Position numbers and translations under genes: made by a program | Notes under the pieces: model-generated | Database searches by the model: none | The model's input: the letters and a program-made list of their open reading frames with translations, nothing else | Told to the model about the DNA's origin: nothing | From: Macrostomum lignano | Lineage: Eukaryota | NCBI GenBank assembly: GCA_002269645.1 | Contig: NIVC01001097.1 | Span: 186,001 to 250,000, forward strand | Length of the DNA stretch: 64,000 nt | Direction of reading: 5' to 3' | Shown here: positions 1-12,384 of the stretch, in pieces | Layout: the number at the start of each line of letters is the position of its first letter | Numbering within the stretch: the first letter of the stretch is position 1

Positions 1-1238
1 CTGCAGATTTAATTTCTCGTTATGACTAGGCAGTTATTTACTGCTGAACTGCAAAATCATGAAAGCTTTCTTTAAATGCACTGCTAGATGTGTGGCAGCA
101 AGCCGAGGTCTAGAAAGGGCTTCATAATTTACTGAAACCTTACTGAAAATAATCTTACATAATAAGTTTCTGACCAAAGAAAATTCACTTCCGACGGGAA
201 ATTGTTATGAAGGACCGTTTCCGTAAACTGCATCTGCATCCATGCAGCGGATTCTGTAAACTTTCCCAAAGCCCCATATTAACAGTAGTTCTACGAGTCA
301 TCCTCCAGACAATTTTTAGCTGCGCCGGAACGGAGCAACGCAGGCGGCACAAAATTCAGGAACACGGGCAAACTTTTTGTTGCGCACCTTCAAAAACAAT
401 TATCAATTCGTCAACCCTCCGATCTTTGAGATATTCAACAATTCTGCCAGAAGGTCCGATTTCTCCCATAAGCGCCAGTGTATTCAGTACACACCTGTGC
501 GCCAATCAGCACTGCGCCTCATTGCAGCCTTGCCAAGCCTCCAAATTTCATCAGCATGTGTCTAACATCAGCTAAAAACATATACATGTAGATATGTCCA
601 TAGTCCCCTGTGAGCTGGTGCCACCTGTTGAAGGTCCAGAAGCTCCGCCTGCATAAAGGCCAGGGACCCCAGGGGTTAGCGAAATGGGCGGCAACGCCTC
701 CTCGCTGTTTCCGGACGCGCGGAGCCCCCCTGCAGCTAAGTCAAGTAAGTCAAGGCCAGGGACCAACGAAGTCAGAGCCTCTCCGGTTGGCGTCGACCAA
801 CGCGTCGCACAGCAGACAGCCATCGTCGTTGGTAGGAAGAGCATTCTGAAGCACCCAGTCAAACACCAGAAGAAGCAGGAACGCCGCGCTAGCGCACAAG
901 GACTACTTAAGTAGAAGGACCCAAGAGAATGTCTCGAAGAAGCACCATTTAAAGCACGCGGCTCTGACGACCGGCCGTTGAAGGCCTTCTTGAAATCTAT
1001 TAAGATATCTCAATCGGGATCTACTGACAAATCCGCGACTCCAGGACGAAGAGCCAGGATCTGCACCACTGTGTTGCGATGGGGCCGAAACCTGTTCTGT
1101 ACGGATCCGCTATATGTGCAACCGCAACAACAGCGTCCAACTGAACACAGTACAGCTTCGCAGCGCGGGACTGAAGGCAGATGCCTCGATCGTGCTCTTC
1201 AAGCAGTGTGGTGCCCCGGCTTCTTAGAAATAGAAAAG

Positions 1239-1343
<105 letters not shown>

Positions 1344-2280
1344 GTCAATTCTTTGGATGCCTCCTCTGATTTACACTCTGGCGACTGTGCATGGTTACAC
1401 GGTTGGATGCACGTGCGTCGATGGCCCAGCCCTTCTCACGCCTAGCGACAGTTAGGCGAACCTCACGACGTCGGCTGTGCTGAATTATGCTATAAGCTGA
1501 ATTAAACTCTCCTCCGGCAATGGAGTCTCGCGCCGCAGCGTCAGAAGGACTGGCAGAAGTGCGGAGGTGACAGTAGTGCGTTCACGTGACGGCGAAGAAC
1601 TTAAGCAGCCTATATAATCAGCGCTCGTCAGCAGTGTCACTTGACAGGTTCTCAGCGGAATGCACCGCGTTAGCCTCGTCAGAGCGTTGATAGCATTGCC
1701 GGGCCCAGCCGAATTGCAGATAGCCGCCAGCAGAGCCTGCTCTACCTCGCGGGTTGGGTCACCCGGCCGCTCTAATGAAGCCTTTCCAACTCTCTACTCA
1801 AATCTCTAATACGTGCGACCTGGATTCGCAATGGGAGATGGCGATAGGAGACAGTGACAGTAAATGTAGATGTACAAGTTCATGTCCATTAACATTTACT
1901 CCAGTAATAGCTACGTTTTATATGTAATCTTCTACAACCATGCACAAACTAGAGGTAAAATGTTTTTTACATAACTGTGCGTCGATTAAACATTTTGTGT
2001 ACGAAAATAGGTTATACGCTAAAATTAAATACGCAATTATACATTAAAATACATTATCTATACGAGAAGTGAATAAAAAAATGCTTAGTGATTCATGAAA
2101 CATTATTACATTATCAACTGGATGACGAACGGAGAAATATAAAGTTGTAATTAACTAATTTTCTAAATTTTTATATATATAGTAATTAAAATACGATTTT
2201 GATACTTTGATATTTATGCTCCAAAATTAATTTAATTTTCATGCTTAACTACAAAGTATTGTTGTCACATTGCTTTACTA

Positions 2281-2490
2281 CACTGGCTTTCTATGAAAAA
2301 GCTAGCGGAACAGGCGGCGCTGATTAAGGACAATTGTGTGGGCGGGCGTAAAGAAATGATCTAGGCCTACACTTGATCACAGCAAAGATCTAGAATAAGC
2401 ACCAAACGGCTTCAAAAGGAAGCTGGGAGTCAGGAATCTAGTCCCCTGAGTCTGGTGTAATTAAATACCTCTTAGTGCTGCTGGGTACGT
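2281..2490 (+). promoter_or_regulatory. Candidate numb promoter / non-coding first exon
   Basis: Local CpG/GC-box patch (GGCGGGCG) in AT-rich DNA, then donor-like TGG|GTACGT at 2485; acceptor CTTTTTAGTTCAG ends at 5318, 24 nt before the numb ATG. Inference only. Confidence 0.3.
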
Positions 2491-4334
2491 TTTTTTATCA
2501 AATACGCGTATCAAATTTTTTATCGATTTCATTTTATTTTTGTATTAATAGGCCTTGGGCCTTCGTTAATATTTGTATGATGACTTTGGTTGGTGTAATT
2601 TTTCATTAGGGCCTAATAAAACCAGCTTAGGTCTAGGACATTAGCTGTCTGTGTCATTAAGCATTAGCTACTGACTTTTTAACTACAGTAGGGCCTATAG
2701 GTTAGCCTATTTGACATATTTGTAGCTGTTTTTTTGAAAATTCTTTGGGTATTTTTTTCTATTTGAAAATCTCATTGGCCTAGGCCAAGCTAAAAAATCA
2801 TACCTTACTTTTGAAGATTGATTGATTGAATAAAAAGTATATATTTTTATTTGAATATAGGCTATAGCCTAGTCATAGTCTGGAAGGTGGCCTTGGCTTT
2901 ACACAGGAAAATTTCCAGCGTATTTTTTCTTTTGCTGACAATCTTGGCATATAGAATTTTTAGGTTCAACATTGAAGTGCACATACATAGTTGGCATACA
3001 AAAAATAGCCAAGTTCAGGGTTAATCAATATAGTTATGTAGTTAAATATCAACTAGTAATTTAAGCTCTTTTAAAGATAATTGAGAACTAAAATCAAAAT
3101 ATTAACACAATTTATAAGAAAAACTAAATTGAAACAAATAATATCATTTTTTAGCAAAAAAACTTTGGTTGTGAAGTTTAGTAAAACTCTTATTTTTAAA
3201 AATGTATATTCTCTAAAGAATTGACATGCAAGCAACTCTGGTCTTCGCAGAATTTTTTTTTAATTTTATGATTGCATAAAATTGAAAAAAACATGAATTT
3301 TCATTCTGGCATAGGCCTATGCTTGCCATGATCTAGATTATAATAGCCTAGGCCTATTATTATAGTCTAAGTCTAAGTATACTATTAGTCCAGATAAATA
3401 GTCTAAATATATGATATTATATAAATATAATAAATATTTCCTTATATTTATTTGGTTATTGATTGATTAGTCAAGAAAGTAGTAGATTTCATGCAAAATT
3501 ATTATGCATACAAAAGCATTTTTTAGCATACATGGTACATATGGTGCACATGGCACACCATACTTGGTGCATAGTCTATATAATATAAAATATTCTTAGT
3601 TCACAAGTAAAATGTGACATATAAATATGTATTTGCTGCTTTTTCGAAAAATTTTTTTCCAAATATGCAAATAATACACATTGTATTTTGGTTTTTTAGG
3701 CCATATAAGGTTTTTTGGCCCCTTGAAAATCTCATTGGCAATTGGATTTTTGGCATTAAAGGTCAATCAGGCAACTTCATTTTCCCCATGCCAGTTGCCA
3801 ATTTCAAAAAATGATTTTGTAAATATAATAAAAGTGCCATATGAATCAATATGATGGAATTATTGGTTTGTTATTGTTTGCAGCATAGATTAGCAATTTT
3901 AGAGTTGAGAATATAAATTTCTGCTTTTCAAACATAGCCTTAGAAATATCCATCCTTGAGAATTTGGCTAGTTGCCAATGGGCAACCAAAAATAGCCATT
4001 GGCAACTGGATTTTAAGCCCTAAAGGCCAGCTGGAAACTGGATTTCCAACCTAAAAAAGCCCTGATTGTATTTAATATAAAAATTTTTAGACAATCATTG
4101 TCTTGGTACACTATGCACTTTTTTCCTGAGTATATAGCAGAGTTAAAAATTTGACCAGGGATTTGTTGCGGCGCATATAGCACACCTTGACCATGGTTGA
4201 TATACAGGCTAAATAATAATAATAACTGATTAGGCTAGAGCCTAATTATATCTACCCAAATGGTATTAGTAGATGTGCAATCAACAACTTTTTTATAGCT
4301 ATTGTGTGGTATACCTAAAGGCTACATATGCATA

Positions 4335-4627
4335 CATGCGCAACCTCCAAAATTCAGTCGGCCATGCGACTTAGTTTTAACAAAAATGCGACGTAGTTTT
4401 TGGCCAAAAATGCGACTTACATGTAATTAAAAAAACCATACGCAAAATTAACGCAACTTTGGGTAAACGGCAGGAGTAACTATGACTGTCTTATTAGGTC
4501 AAAATGCCTCGTCAGCTACTTAGTAATACTACTTTGGTATTTTTTCGGGTGGGCATTTTTGCGACTTCCTTGATTGGCTGCCAAATCGGTCGGCCAGATC
4601 GGCCGACTCGGCCGACTGTTGCGCATG
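4335..4627. mobile_element. MITE copy A (TA-flanked, TIR CATGCGCAAC...GTTGCGCATG) carrying a 28S rDNA fragment
   Basis: Perfect 10-bp TIR, subterminal inverted CAGTCGGCC/GGCCGACTG, TA on both sides (4333-4334, 4628-4629); second copy at 44714-45002. Confidence 0.85.
4461..4524 (+). other. 28S rRNA-derived fragment (helix 69-71 region) inside the MITE; not an rRNA gene
   Basis: 53/64 identity by manual alignment to the conserved LSU sequence GGGTAAACGGCGGGAGTAACTATGACTCTCTTAAGGTAGCCAAATGCCTCGTCATCTAATTAGT (recalled from knowledge). Confidence 0.8.
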
Positions 4628-5342
4628 TATGTACATATGGATAACTATTTAGTTTAACAATAGGGGCTACCATCTATATTAATCAATAGCATATTGTCAA
4701 ATAACCAAATTTATCAACAATGCATGGTAAAGTAAGCCAGTAGCAAATGTAATGTTGACAAATTCAATGGCACCCTAACCTTTCTACTACTATAATTTGT
4801 AGTATGCTAGCAAGTTAATTAATTTAAAGTTTGCCAAAAAGCAAATTCTTTTGCAAAATGTTTTGTGATATGGCATATGGCAGATATAGAGATTTATTAT
4901 AAAATAAACAATTGAACAAATGAATAAAAAGGTTAAAATATTTGAAATGTTGAAATATAGTGTTAAAACGAATGTCTTGTTTCTACATATATGTCTTGCA
5001 CTATATGCACTTGTAATGTAATGTAATATTAATTAAAATAATAGGCCTAGTCTTTATGTTTATAGCAAGATTTTAGACATAGGCTAAGGTAGCCTAGATT
5101 TTAAAATAATTATTTGCTGGTTTTGCTATAGGCCTAGCAAGTGTCTCCAGTTTCTTCTTTTTATAGTAGATATAGTTTATTGTATCACTTTGCATTGTAT
5201 AATGATATTTATAATAGAAGCAAAACTTATTGAACTTTCTTATATATAAAGTAAATTTGCCATATATTTAATATTCACATGCTATTACATTCTTTCACTA
5301 AATACCTTTTTAGTTCAGTGCTCAACACAGCAAACCAGCTAG

Positions 5343-8300
5343 ATGTCAGAGCGAATGGGAAAATTTCTGCGCACCATCAGCTTCCGCAAGAAGAAGAAAA
5401 AGCGCAGGCAGGAGTCCAGCAAGCCGCAGCAGTGGCAGGAGGATGAAAAGAAAGTCCGAGAGGGTTCCTGCAGCTTTCAAGTCAAGGTCTGTGTTGTCTT
5501 GGGTGTTCTGGGCCTCTGTTGCTAGGCTAGATTTTGGGTCCTGTTTAGAGTGGAGACTGAGGCAGCCGCAGTGCTGGGCAGTGAGGGCCCTGAAGAGAGC
5601 TCGGAAGTGGAGGCTGAGGCAGCCGCAGTGCTGGGCAGTGAGGGCCCTGAAGAGAGCTGGGAAGTGGAGGCTGAGGCAGCCGCAGTGCTGGGCAGTGAGG
5701 GCCCTGAAGAGAGCTGGGAAGTGGAGGCTGAGGCAGCCGCAGTGCTGGGCAGTGAGGGCCCTGAAGAGAGCTGGGAAGTGGAGGCTGAGGCAGCCGCAGT
5801 GCTGGGCAGTGAGGGCCATGAAGAGAGCTGGGAAGTGGAGGCTGAGGCAGCCGCAGTGCTGGGCAGTGAGGGCCCTGAATGCCAGAGAATGTCATATTCA
5901 CTTAAGCATCAACTGAACTTTCATTCCCCTTTTAAAACTGAACCCGCTGCAGTACCTCGGCTGCATGGAGGTGTTCGAGTCCCGCGGGATGCAAGTCTGC
6001 GAAGAGGCGATCAAGAATCTCATAAAAGTGAGTGCATAAAATTTAAACTCAGTTGGCAACTGTTAACCGACTGTCACAGGCGTTAAGCTGTCACAGTGCT
6101 GATTTATTGCTGACAGCAATCTGCGCACCAGCACAGCTGGCATTTGCAGTTATTCTGTCATTATTATTAATATTCGAGCCCCGACAGGGCAGCAATGCGC
6201 ACTAACACTTGTGCGGACCCGCCCACCCTTCGCAGGCCAAGACCAAGCACCACAAGCGGGCTGTGCTGTATGTGAACGGCGAAGCGCTGAGAGTTGTGGA
6301 CGAGATCAGCAAGGTGAGCGGATTGGGCTAATTGCAGTTCATTATCATATTCTATATTCATGCCCGGGACTCCGTCACCTGGCTTTGTGTGGCGAGCCTC
6401 TTCCATGAGACTGGCCTCTCCTCTCTCTGCTTCTCAGTCTCCCTCTCATTCTCATCCAGCCCACTCCTGGCTTAGTGATCAGTCAGAATTATATTTGCAG
6501 TAATTACTGCCGTCCTGCTCAGTGGCTCCACTTGTGTGCTCAGAATTGAGGCTAAGAGAAACCCCTTCATGGCTGCTACAACTGATCTCATCCCGTCAAT
6601 GAGTGTCAGTTTGCAAGGTTGGCAGTAGTCTCCTTCCCTTCCTATGCTTCTCTTCTCTATACTCTACCCTCTCCTCTCTCTCTCTCCACTTTCTCTCCAC
6701 TCTCTTCTCTCCTCTCTTTCTCCTTTTTGAGGAGAGATAAAAGGAGAGCTCTCCTTTCCTCTCCTCCTCTCCTCCCCTCCTCTCTCCTCTCCCCTCCTCT
6801 CTCCTCCCCTCCTCTCCTCTCCTCCCTCCCCTCCTCTCTCCTCTCCTCCCCTCCTCTCTCCTCTCCTCCTCTCCTCTCTCTCCTCCCCTCCTCTCTCCTC
6901 TCCTCCCCTCCTCTCTCCTCTCCTCCCCTCCTCCCTCATCTCCTCCCCTCCTCTCTCCTCTCCTCCCCTCCTCTCTCCTCTCCTCCCCTCCTCTCTCCTC
7001 TCCTCCCCTCCTCTCTCCTTTCCTCCCCTCCTCTCTCCTCTCCTCCCCTCCTCTCTCCTCTCCTCCCCTCCTCTCTCCTCTCCTCCCCTCCTCTCTCCTC
7101 TCCTCCCCTCCTCTCTCCTCTCCTCCCCTCCTCTCTCCTTTCCTCCCCTCCTCTCTCCTCTCCTCCCCTCCTCTCTCCTCTCCTCCCCTCCTCTCTCCTC
7201 TCCCCTTTTCTTTCCTTTCCCTCCTTCCTCTCCTCTCTTCTCCTCTTCTCTTCTCCTCTCTCCTCTCCTCTCCCCTTTGCTTCCTCTCTCCCTCATTTCC
7301 CTCCGCCTCCTATCTGTCTGAGCTGCAGTTTGCGCTGCTTCCTTAATTCGCCCAATCCCGTCCGAGCCACAAAGGGGGCCGCAATTTCCAAATTCCATTG
7401 GCTTGCTCGAATCTTTGCCAGAACTGCTGCTTTGTGCTGCTAATCTCCGTCCCCTCTGAAGTGCTTGATTGCCAATGCATTTCTGGCATCGTGCACTTCT
7501 TTCTGTCCTGTCCCGTGCTTGCTGTGCCAGCTTGCTGTCATTCTCCACTGCCTGGGGCTTTGCCAATGAGCCGTGCATTTTATTCTGTAATCTTGTGCAT
7601 TTTTGAGTAATGGACAGCGAGCTGGAGAGTGTCGGTAGATTTCCAGTTGTAACCAAGCGCTACCTTACTAATCCCCGCGTCAGGGCCTCATTGTGGACCA
7701 GACTATCGAGAAGGTATCCTTCTGCGCGCCGGACCGCAATCACGAGAAAGGCTTCGCCTACATCTGCCGGGACGGCGCCACCAGGCGTTGGATGTGCCAC
7801 GGCTTCCTGGCGGTCAAGGAGTCGGTGAGGAGCGCGTGGGCAGGAGACGAGGGTCAATTAAGGCCAATATGTTTTTGTTTCCCTGTGTCTGATTTTCAGT
7901 AGAATTTCAAGTCTCCTCACTGCCTGTCCCACAGGGCGAGCGCCTGTCGCACGCAGTCGGCTGCGCCTTCGCCATCTGCTTGGAGAAGAAGCAGGAGCGC
8001 GAGAAAGAATCCGTCCAAGTCCAGTTCAACGACAAGGGCACCAGCTTCGAGAGGATGGGCTCGTTTAGGCAGACCACCCTCACTGAGAAGATGCTGGACC
8101 CGCAGTGCGCCATCCTGCCGCAGCCTGTGCCTGTGACTCAGCGGCCCGAGGCCCGGGTGGACACCGCCAGCGCCGTGCCCAGGCCGCAGGCCAATCCGCA
8201 GCTGTTCGAGCGGCAGGCCTCGCTGCGCCTGTTCCCCAAGCTGGGCCAGGGCGACAACAGCCCGTTCCGCAACAAGAACTACTCCTCACTGCGGCTACCC

Positions 8301-11126
8301 GGTGAGGCCGGACAGGCGGCCAGGGCCGGCCTGCCTGCGCTGGCCGAGGGAGCTGGCGGGGCTACCAACGGACTGGGTATGGGCTGAGCTGATGTGCTGG
8401 GGTGGACTGGGGATTGAGATGATTGGATTGGGACTGGGGTGATTAGATTGGGACTGGGGTGATTAGATTGGGACTGGGGTGATTAGATTGGGACTGTGGT
8501 GATTAGATTGGGACTGTGGTGATTAGATTGGGACTGTGGTGATTAGATTGGGACTGTGGTGATTAGATTGGGACTGGGGTGATTAGATGGGGACTGAGAC
8601 GATTAGATGCGGACCGGGATGATTAGATGGGGACTGACATTATTAGATTGGGACTGGGATGATAAGATTGGGACTGAGACGATTAGATGGGGACTGAAGT
8701 GATTAGATGGGGACTGAAGTGATTAGATTGGGACTGGGGGTGAATAGGTTGGGACTGGGATGATTAGATGGAGACTGAGACGATTAGATGGGGACTGGGG
8801 TGATTAGATGGGGACTGGGATGATTAGATGAGGTCTGAAATGATTAGATGGGGACTGGGATGATTAGATTGGGACTGGGGCGATAAGATTGGGACTGGGG
8901 TGATTAGATGGGACTGGGATGATAAGATGGGGACTGACATTATTAGATTGGGACTGGGATGATAAGATTGGGACTGGGGTGATTAGATGGGACTGGGATG
9001 ATAAGATGGGGACTGAGACGATTAGATGCGGACCGGGATGATTAGATGGGGACTGAGATGATTAGATTGGGACTGGAGTGATTAGATTGGGAGTGGGATA
9101 ATTAGATGGAGACTGAGATGATTAGATGGGGACTGGGGTGATTAGACGAGGACTGGGATGATTAGATGAAGACTGGGATGATAAGATGGGGACTGGGGTG
9201 ATTAGATGGGGACTGGGGTGATTAGATGGGGGCTGGGGTGATTAGATGGGGACTGGGGTGATTAGATGGGGACTGAAGTGATTAGATGGGGACTGAAGTG
9301 ATTAGATGGGGACTGGGGTGATTAGATGGGGACTGGGGTGATTAGATGGGGACTGAAGTGATTAGATGGGGACTGGGGTGATTAGATGGGGACTGGGGTG
9401 ATTAGATGGGGACTGAAGTGATTAGATGGGGACTGAAGTGATTAGATGGGGACTGGGGTGATTAGATGGGGACTGAAGTGATTAGATGGGGACTGGGGTG
9501 ATTAGATGGGGACTGAAGTGATTAGATGGGGACTGGGGTGATTAGATGGGGACTGAAGTGATTAGATGGGGACTGAAGTGATTAGATGGGGACTGGGGTG
9601 ATTAGATGGGGACCGGGATAAGACAGGACTGCCTCCCTGAATCTCGCAGGCTCCGCCATTCCCGAGGAGTCGGCCTCCATGGAGCAGCTGCACGCGGCCT
9701 CGGACGGACCCAGAGTGGCCGCCGCGTCCGCCAGGCCGCAGCTGCTAACGCAGCCTGCTCAGTCTCGAGTTCTGAGCTCCGTCTTGGAGGAGACCCCACC
9801 AATGGTGTCATCGAGCTCGTCCGCCGCTGCAGCTGCCGTCGTTTCATCTTCGCCGGGCGCCGCCGTCGTTGTCTCTTCTTCGCCGGCCGCCGCCTCAGCG
9901 GGCGCCTCCGGCTACCAGCATGGCCGCCCGGCTAACGGGGGCGACTTCTCTGGTGCCGCCCCGCCAGCCGCAGCGCCAGCGACCAAATCCTACAACCGTG
10001 AGTCCAGCTTTTCAAAGAAATGTCTGCTTTATCTTTCCTGGGTTCGGTTCAAAGCGGTTTGGCTTTCCAGTCCATTTGGGGTTAGGGTTCATAGCGTGCT
10101 ACACTTAATTGTCAGTGGCTGTGAATTGTCAGTCTCTGTGAGTTGTCAGTGGCTGTGAGTTGTCAGTGGCTGTGAGTTGTCAGTGGCTGTGAGTTGTCAG
10201 TGGCTGTGAGTTGTCAGTGGCTGTGAGTTGTCAGTGTCTGTCAGTTGTCAGTGTGTGTCAGTTGTCAGTGGCTGTCAGTTGTCAGTGTGTGTCAGTTGTC
10301 AGTGTCTGTCAGTTGTCAGTGGCTGTCAGCTGTCAGTACCTGTATGTCAGTTGTCAGTGGCTGCATGTCAGTTGTCAGTGGCTGTCAGTTGTCAGTAGCT
10401 GCATGTCAGTTGTCAGTGTCTGTCAGCTGTCAGTACCTGTATGTCAGTTGTCAGTGGCTGCATGTCAGTTGTCAGTGTCTGTCAGCTGTCAGTACCTGTA
10501 TGTCAGTTGTCAGTGGCTGCATGTCAGTTGTCAGTGGCTGTCAGTAGCTGCATGTCAGTTGTCAGTGTCTGTCAGCTGTCAGTACCTGTATGTCAGTTGT
10601 CAGTGGCTGCATGTCAGTTGTCAGTGTCTGTCAGCTGTCAGTACCTGTATGTCAGTTGTCAGTGTCTGTCAGCTGTCAGTACCTGTATGTCAGTTGTCAG
10701 TGGCTGTCAGCTGTCAGTACCTGTATGCCAGTTGTCAGTGGCTGCATGTCAGTTGTCAGTGGCTGTCAAGTTATCAAAGAAAGTAAAATCATGGCAGTTA
10801 TCGCCAAGCTACTGTCAGTAGTCTGTCCGCAATTTGCAAACGCAAAGCTCATCCGCGTCTCCTTACCAGCATTTCTGGCAACGCCGCCTGAGGCGCAGCA
10901 GCCGGCGCCCTGGCCCTCAACTTCCGCCGCCGCCGTTGCCCCGGCAGCCGCAGCCTCGGCAGCTCTGAGCAACGCAGCTTGGCGCCAGTTCGACCAGGCC
11001 GACCCGTTCGACGTGACCTGGGCAGACCGGGCCGCCAGGGCCCACCAGCCCAGCTGCACCAACCCGTTCCTGCCGCAGCAGCAGCCTCAGGGAGGCAGCG
11101 GGAAGGCGTTCCGTGTTGACATGTGA
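5343..11126 (+). CDS. numb: Numb endocytic adaptor / Notch antagonist, about 469 aa
   Basis: Exons 5343-5486, 5953-6027, 6236-6313, 7684-7824, 7935-8301, 9650-9997, 10870-11126, all GT-AG and phase-consistent (1410 nt). PTB domain ([33 protein letters not shown]; [40 protein letters not shown]; [12 protein letters not shown]), NumbF-like FERQASLR, C-terminal NPF (split across the exon 6/7 junction), DPF and NPF motifs. Confidence 0.95.
5549..5877. repeat. 57-bp minisatellite, about 5.7 copies (numb intron 1)
   Basis: Unit GGAGGCTGAGGCAGCCGCAGTGCTGGGCAGTGAGGGCCCTGAAGAGAGCTGGGAAGT. Confidence 0.95.
6640..7300 (+). repeat. Polypyrimidine (CT-only) array, about 20-bp unit (numb intron 3)
   Basis: CTCCTCCCCTCCTCTCTCCT repeats, almost purine-free on the + strand. 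Confidence 0.95.
8415..9612. repeat. 20-bp G-rich minisatellite, about 60 copies (numb intron 5)
   Basis: Unit GATTAGATGGGGACTGGGGT with GAAGT variants. Confidence 0.95.
10110..10765. repeat. TGTCAG-based composite minisatellite (numb intron 6)
   Basis: Short TGTCAGT/TGTCAGC units with interspersed GGCTGCATG and ACCTGTATG variants. Confidence 0.93.
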
Positions 11127-11766
11127 TAATGCTAGATTGAGCCAGTGGCGCTGGACTGCGGGGCTGTCTGGCAGCCTTCACTATCTGGAGTATTTTACAT
11201 ATTACTGGACCATCTTGTTGATTGTGTAGAAATTTTCTTGTCCGGGGGGGGGGGCTGTCGCAGTCTCTACCTCTGCCTCCGCCCGGCCAGCAACCGGCCT
11301 CGGCCGCCCCCACTCGCCCAGTCAGTCTGCTTTCACAGCCGGCCCGCGGACTCAAAAAGTTTATTCTGTGTGGCCGTTTTTACTGTGAAGCCCAAAACAG
11401 CTTATATAATTAATATATAATTTTACTGATTATGGCTATTACTAGTGCCCGCTAATCTCGCGTCGTTCTCTGCAATTTTATCTTGAAAATTTTTGTTTTG
11501 TCTTCAAAATTCAATTTGTCTCATTGCAATTTTTTAATGCGGTTTTCTGCACTGCACCCACCGGACCATGGAGCTCGAGACTTTTGTTCGCTCTTTGTTT
11601 TTAGCGCGATTTTTAGCACCAGCTGCTCTTGTTTGCTTATTCGGTTATTATTTCAGTCGCACTCGCAGCTGCTATTACTAATCAGTAGGACGAGGCGCGT
11701 CTTGTCCCATTCGCTGCGTGCATTTGCTGTCCTTGCCGCACCCGCCTCCTGATGTTTTATTTCTCA

Positions 11767-12225
11767 ATTAGTCTTTGTCCACTCCTGACTCATCCGCGCC
11801 CTTCATTCCTGCCGCCTGCGACCAGCGCTATGCAATACTACTGTTAGTAGCTTGCTCTTATTATTTAACTCCCGCTGCGGCTCAATTACTGTTTAGTTAA
11901 CAAGCTGTCATAACTCAATATCGCTTTATTATCGTACAAATATTTACCGTACAGAACGGCCTACTCATAGTAGCAGTAGTAGTGTCTGACTTTGCAATCT
12001 CCTGTGCAATTTGACTGCGAGTTGGATATGAATATACTACTACTGTATTTGGAGTTCCCCAGTCTGCCTGTCTCTGTTTTTTCCCTTCGTTTTACCGTCT
12101 GCGAACTGCGAATTACAAACTTCTTTTTTATTATAAAAAATGGCACTGGATATGAGTTGCTGGTTTACCTGATGTGTTATAGAGAGGCATAGAATATACA
12201 CGCAAATGCTTTATCTACTATTAGT
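11767..12225 (+). promoter_or_regulatory. Cluster of 7 Musashi-type (G/A)U1-3AGU elements in the putative numb 3' UTR
   Basis: ATTAGT 11767, GTTAGT 11843, GTTTAGT 11891, ATAGT 11967, GTAGT 11976 and 11979, ATTAGT 12220. The 3' UTR extent is assumed. Confidence 0.45.
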
Positions 12226-12384
12226 GGTATATTCCTGTCATAACAGCTTGGCCGCTGATTCCTGTCGGCTGCAATGATTTCCGCCAGACCGGCTTTCGTT
12301 TTCTTTATTATTTTATTGGCAGTTGGCGGGGGCTCTCGTGCGATTCACACCCGTGATGGCCAACCTCCCAAGGCGCTTGACTTA

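Noticed and set aside
4461-4524. Calling the 28S match an rRNA gene
   Set aside because: Only 64 bp, helix-69 pairing is broken without compensation, and it sits inside a MITE.
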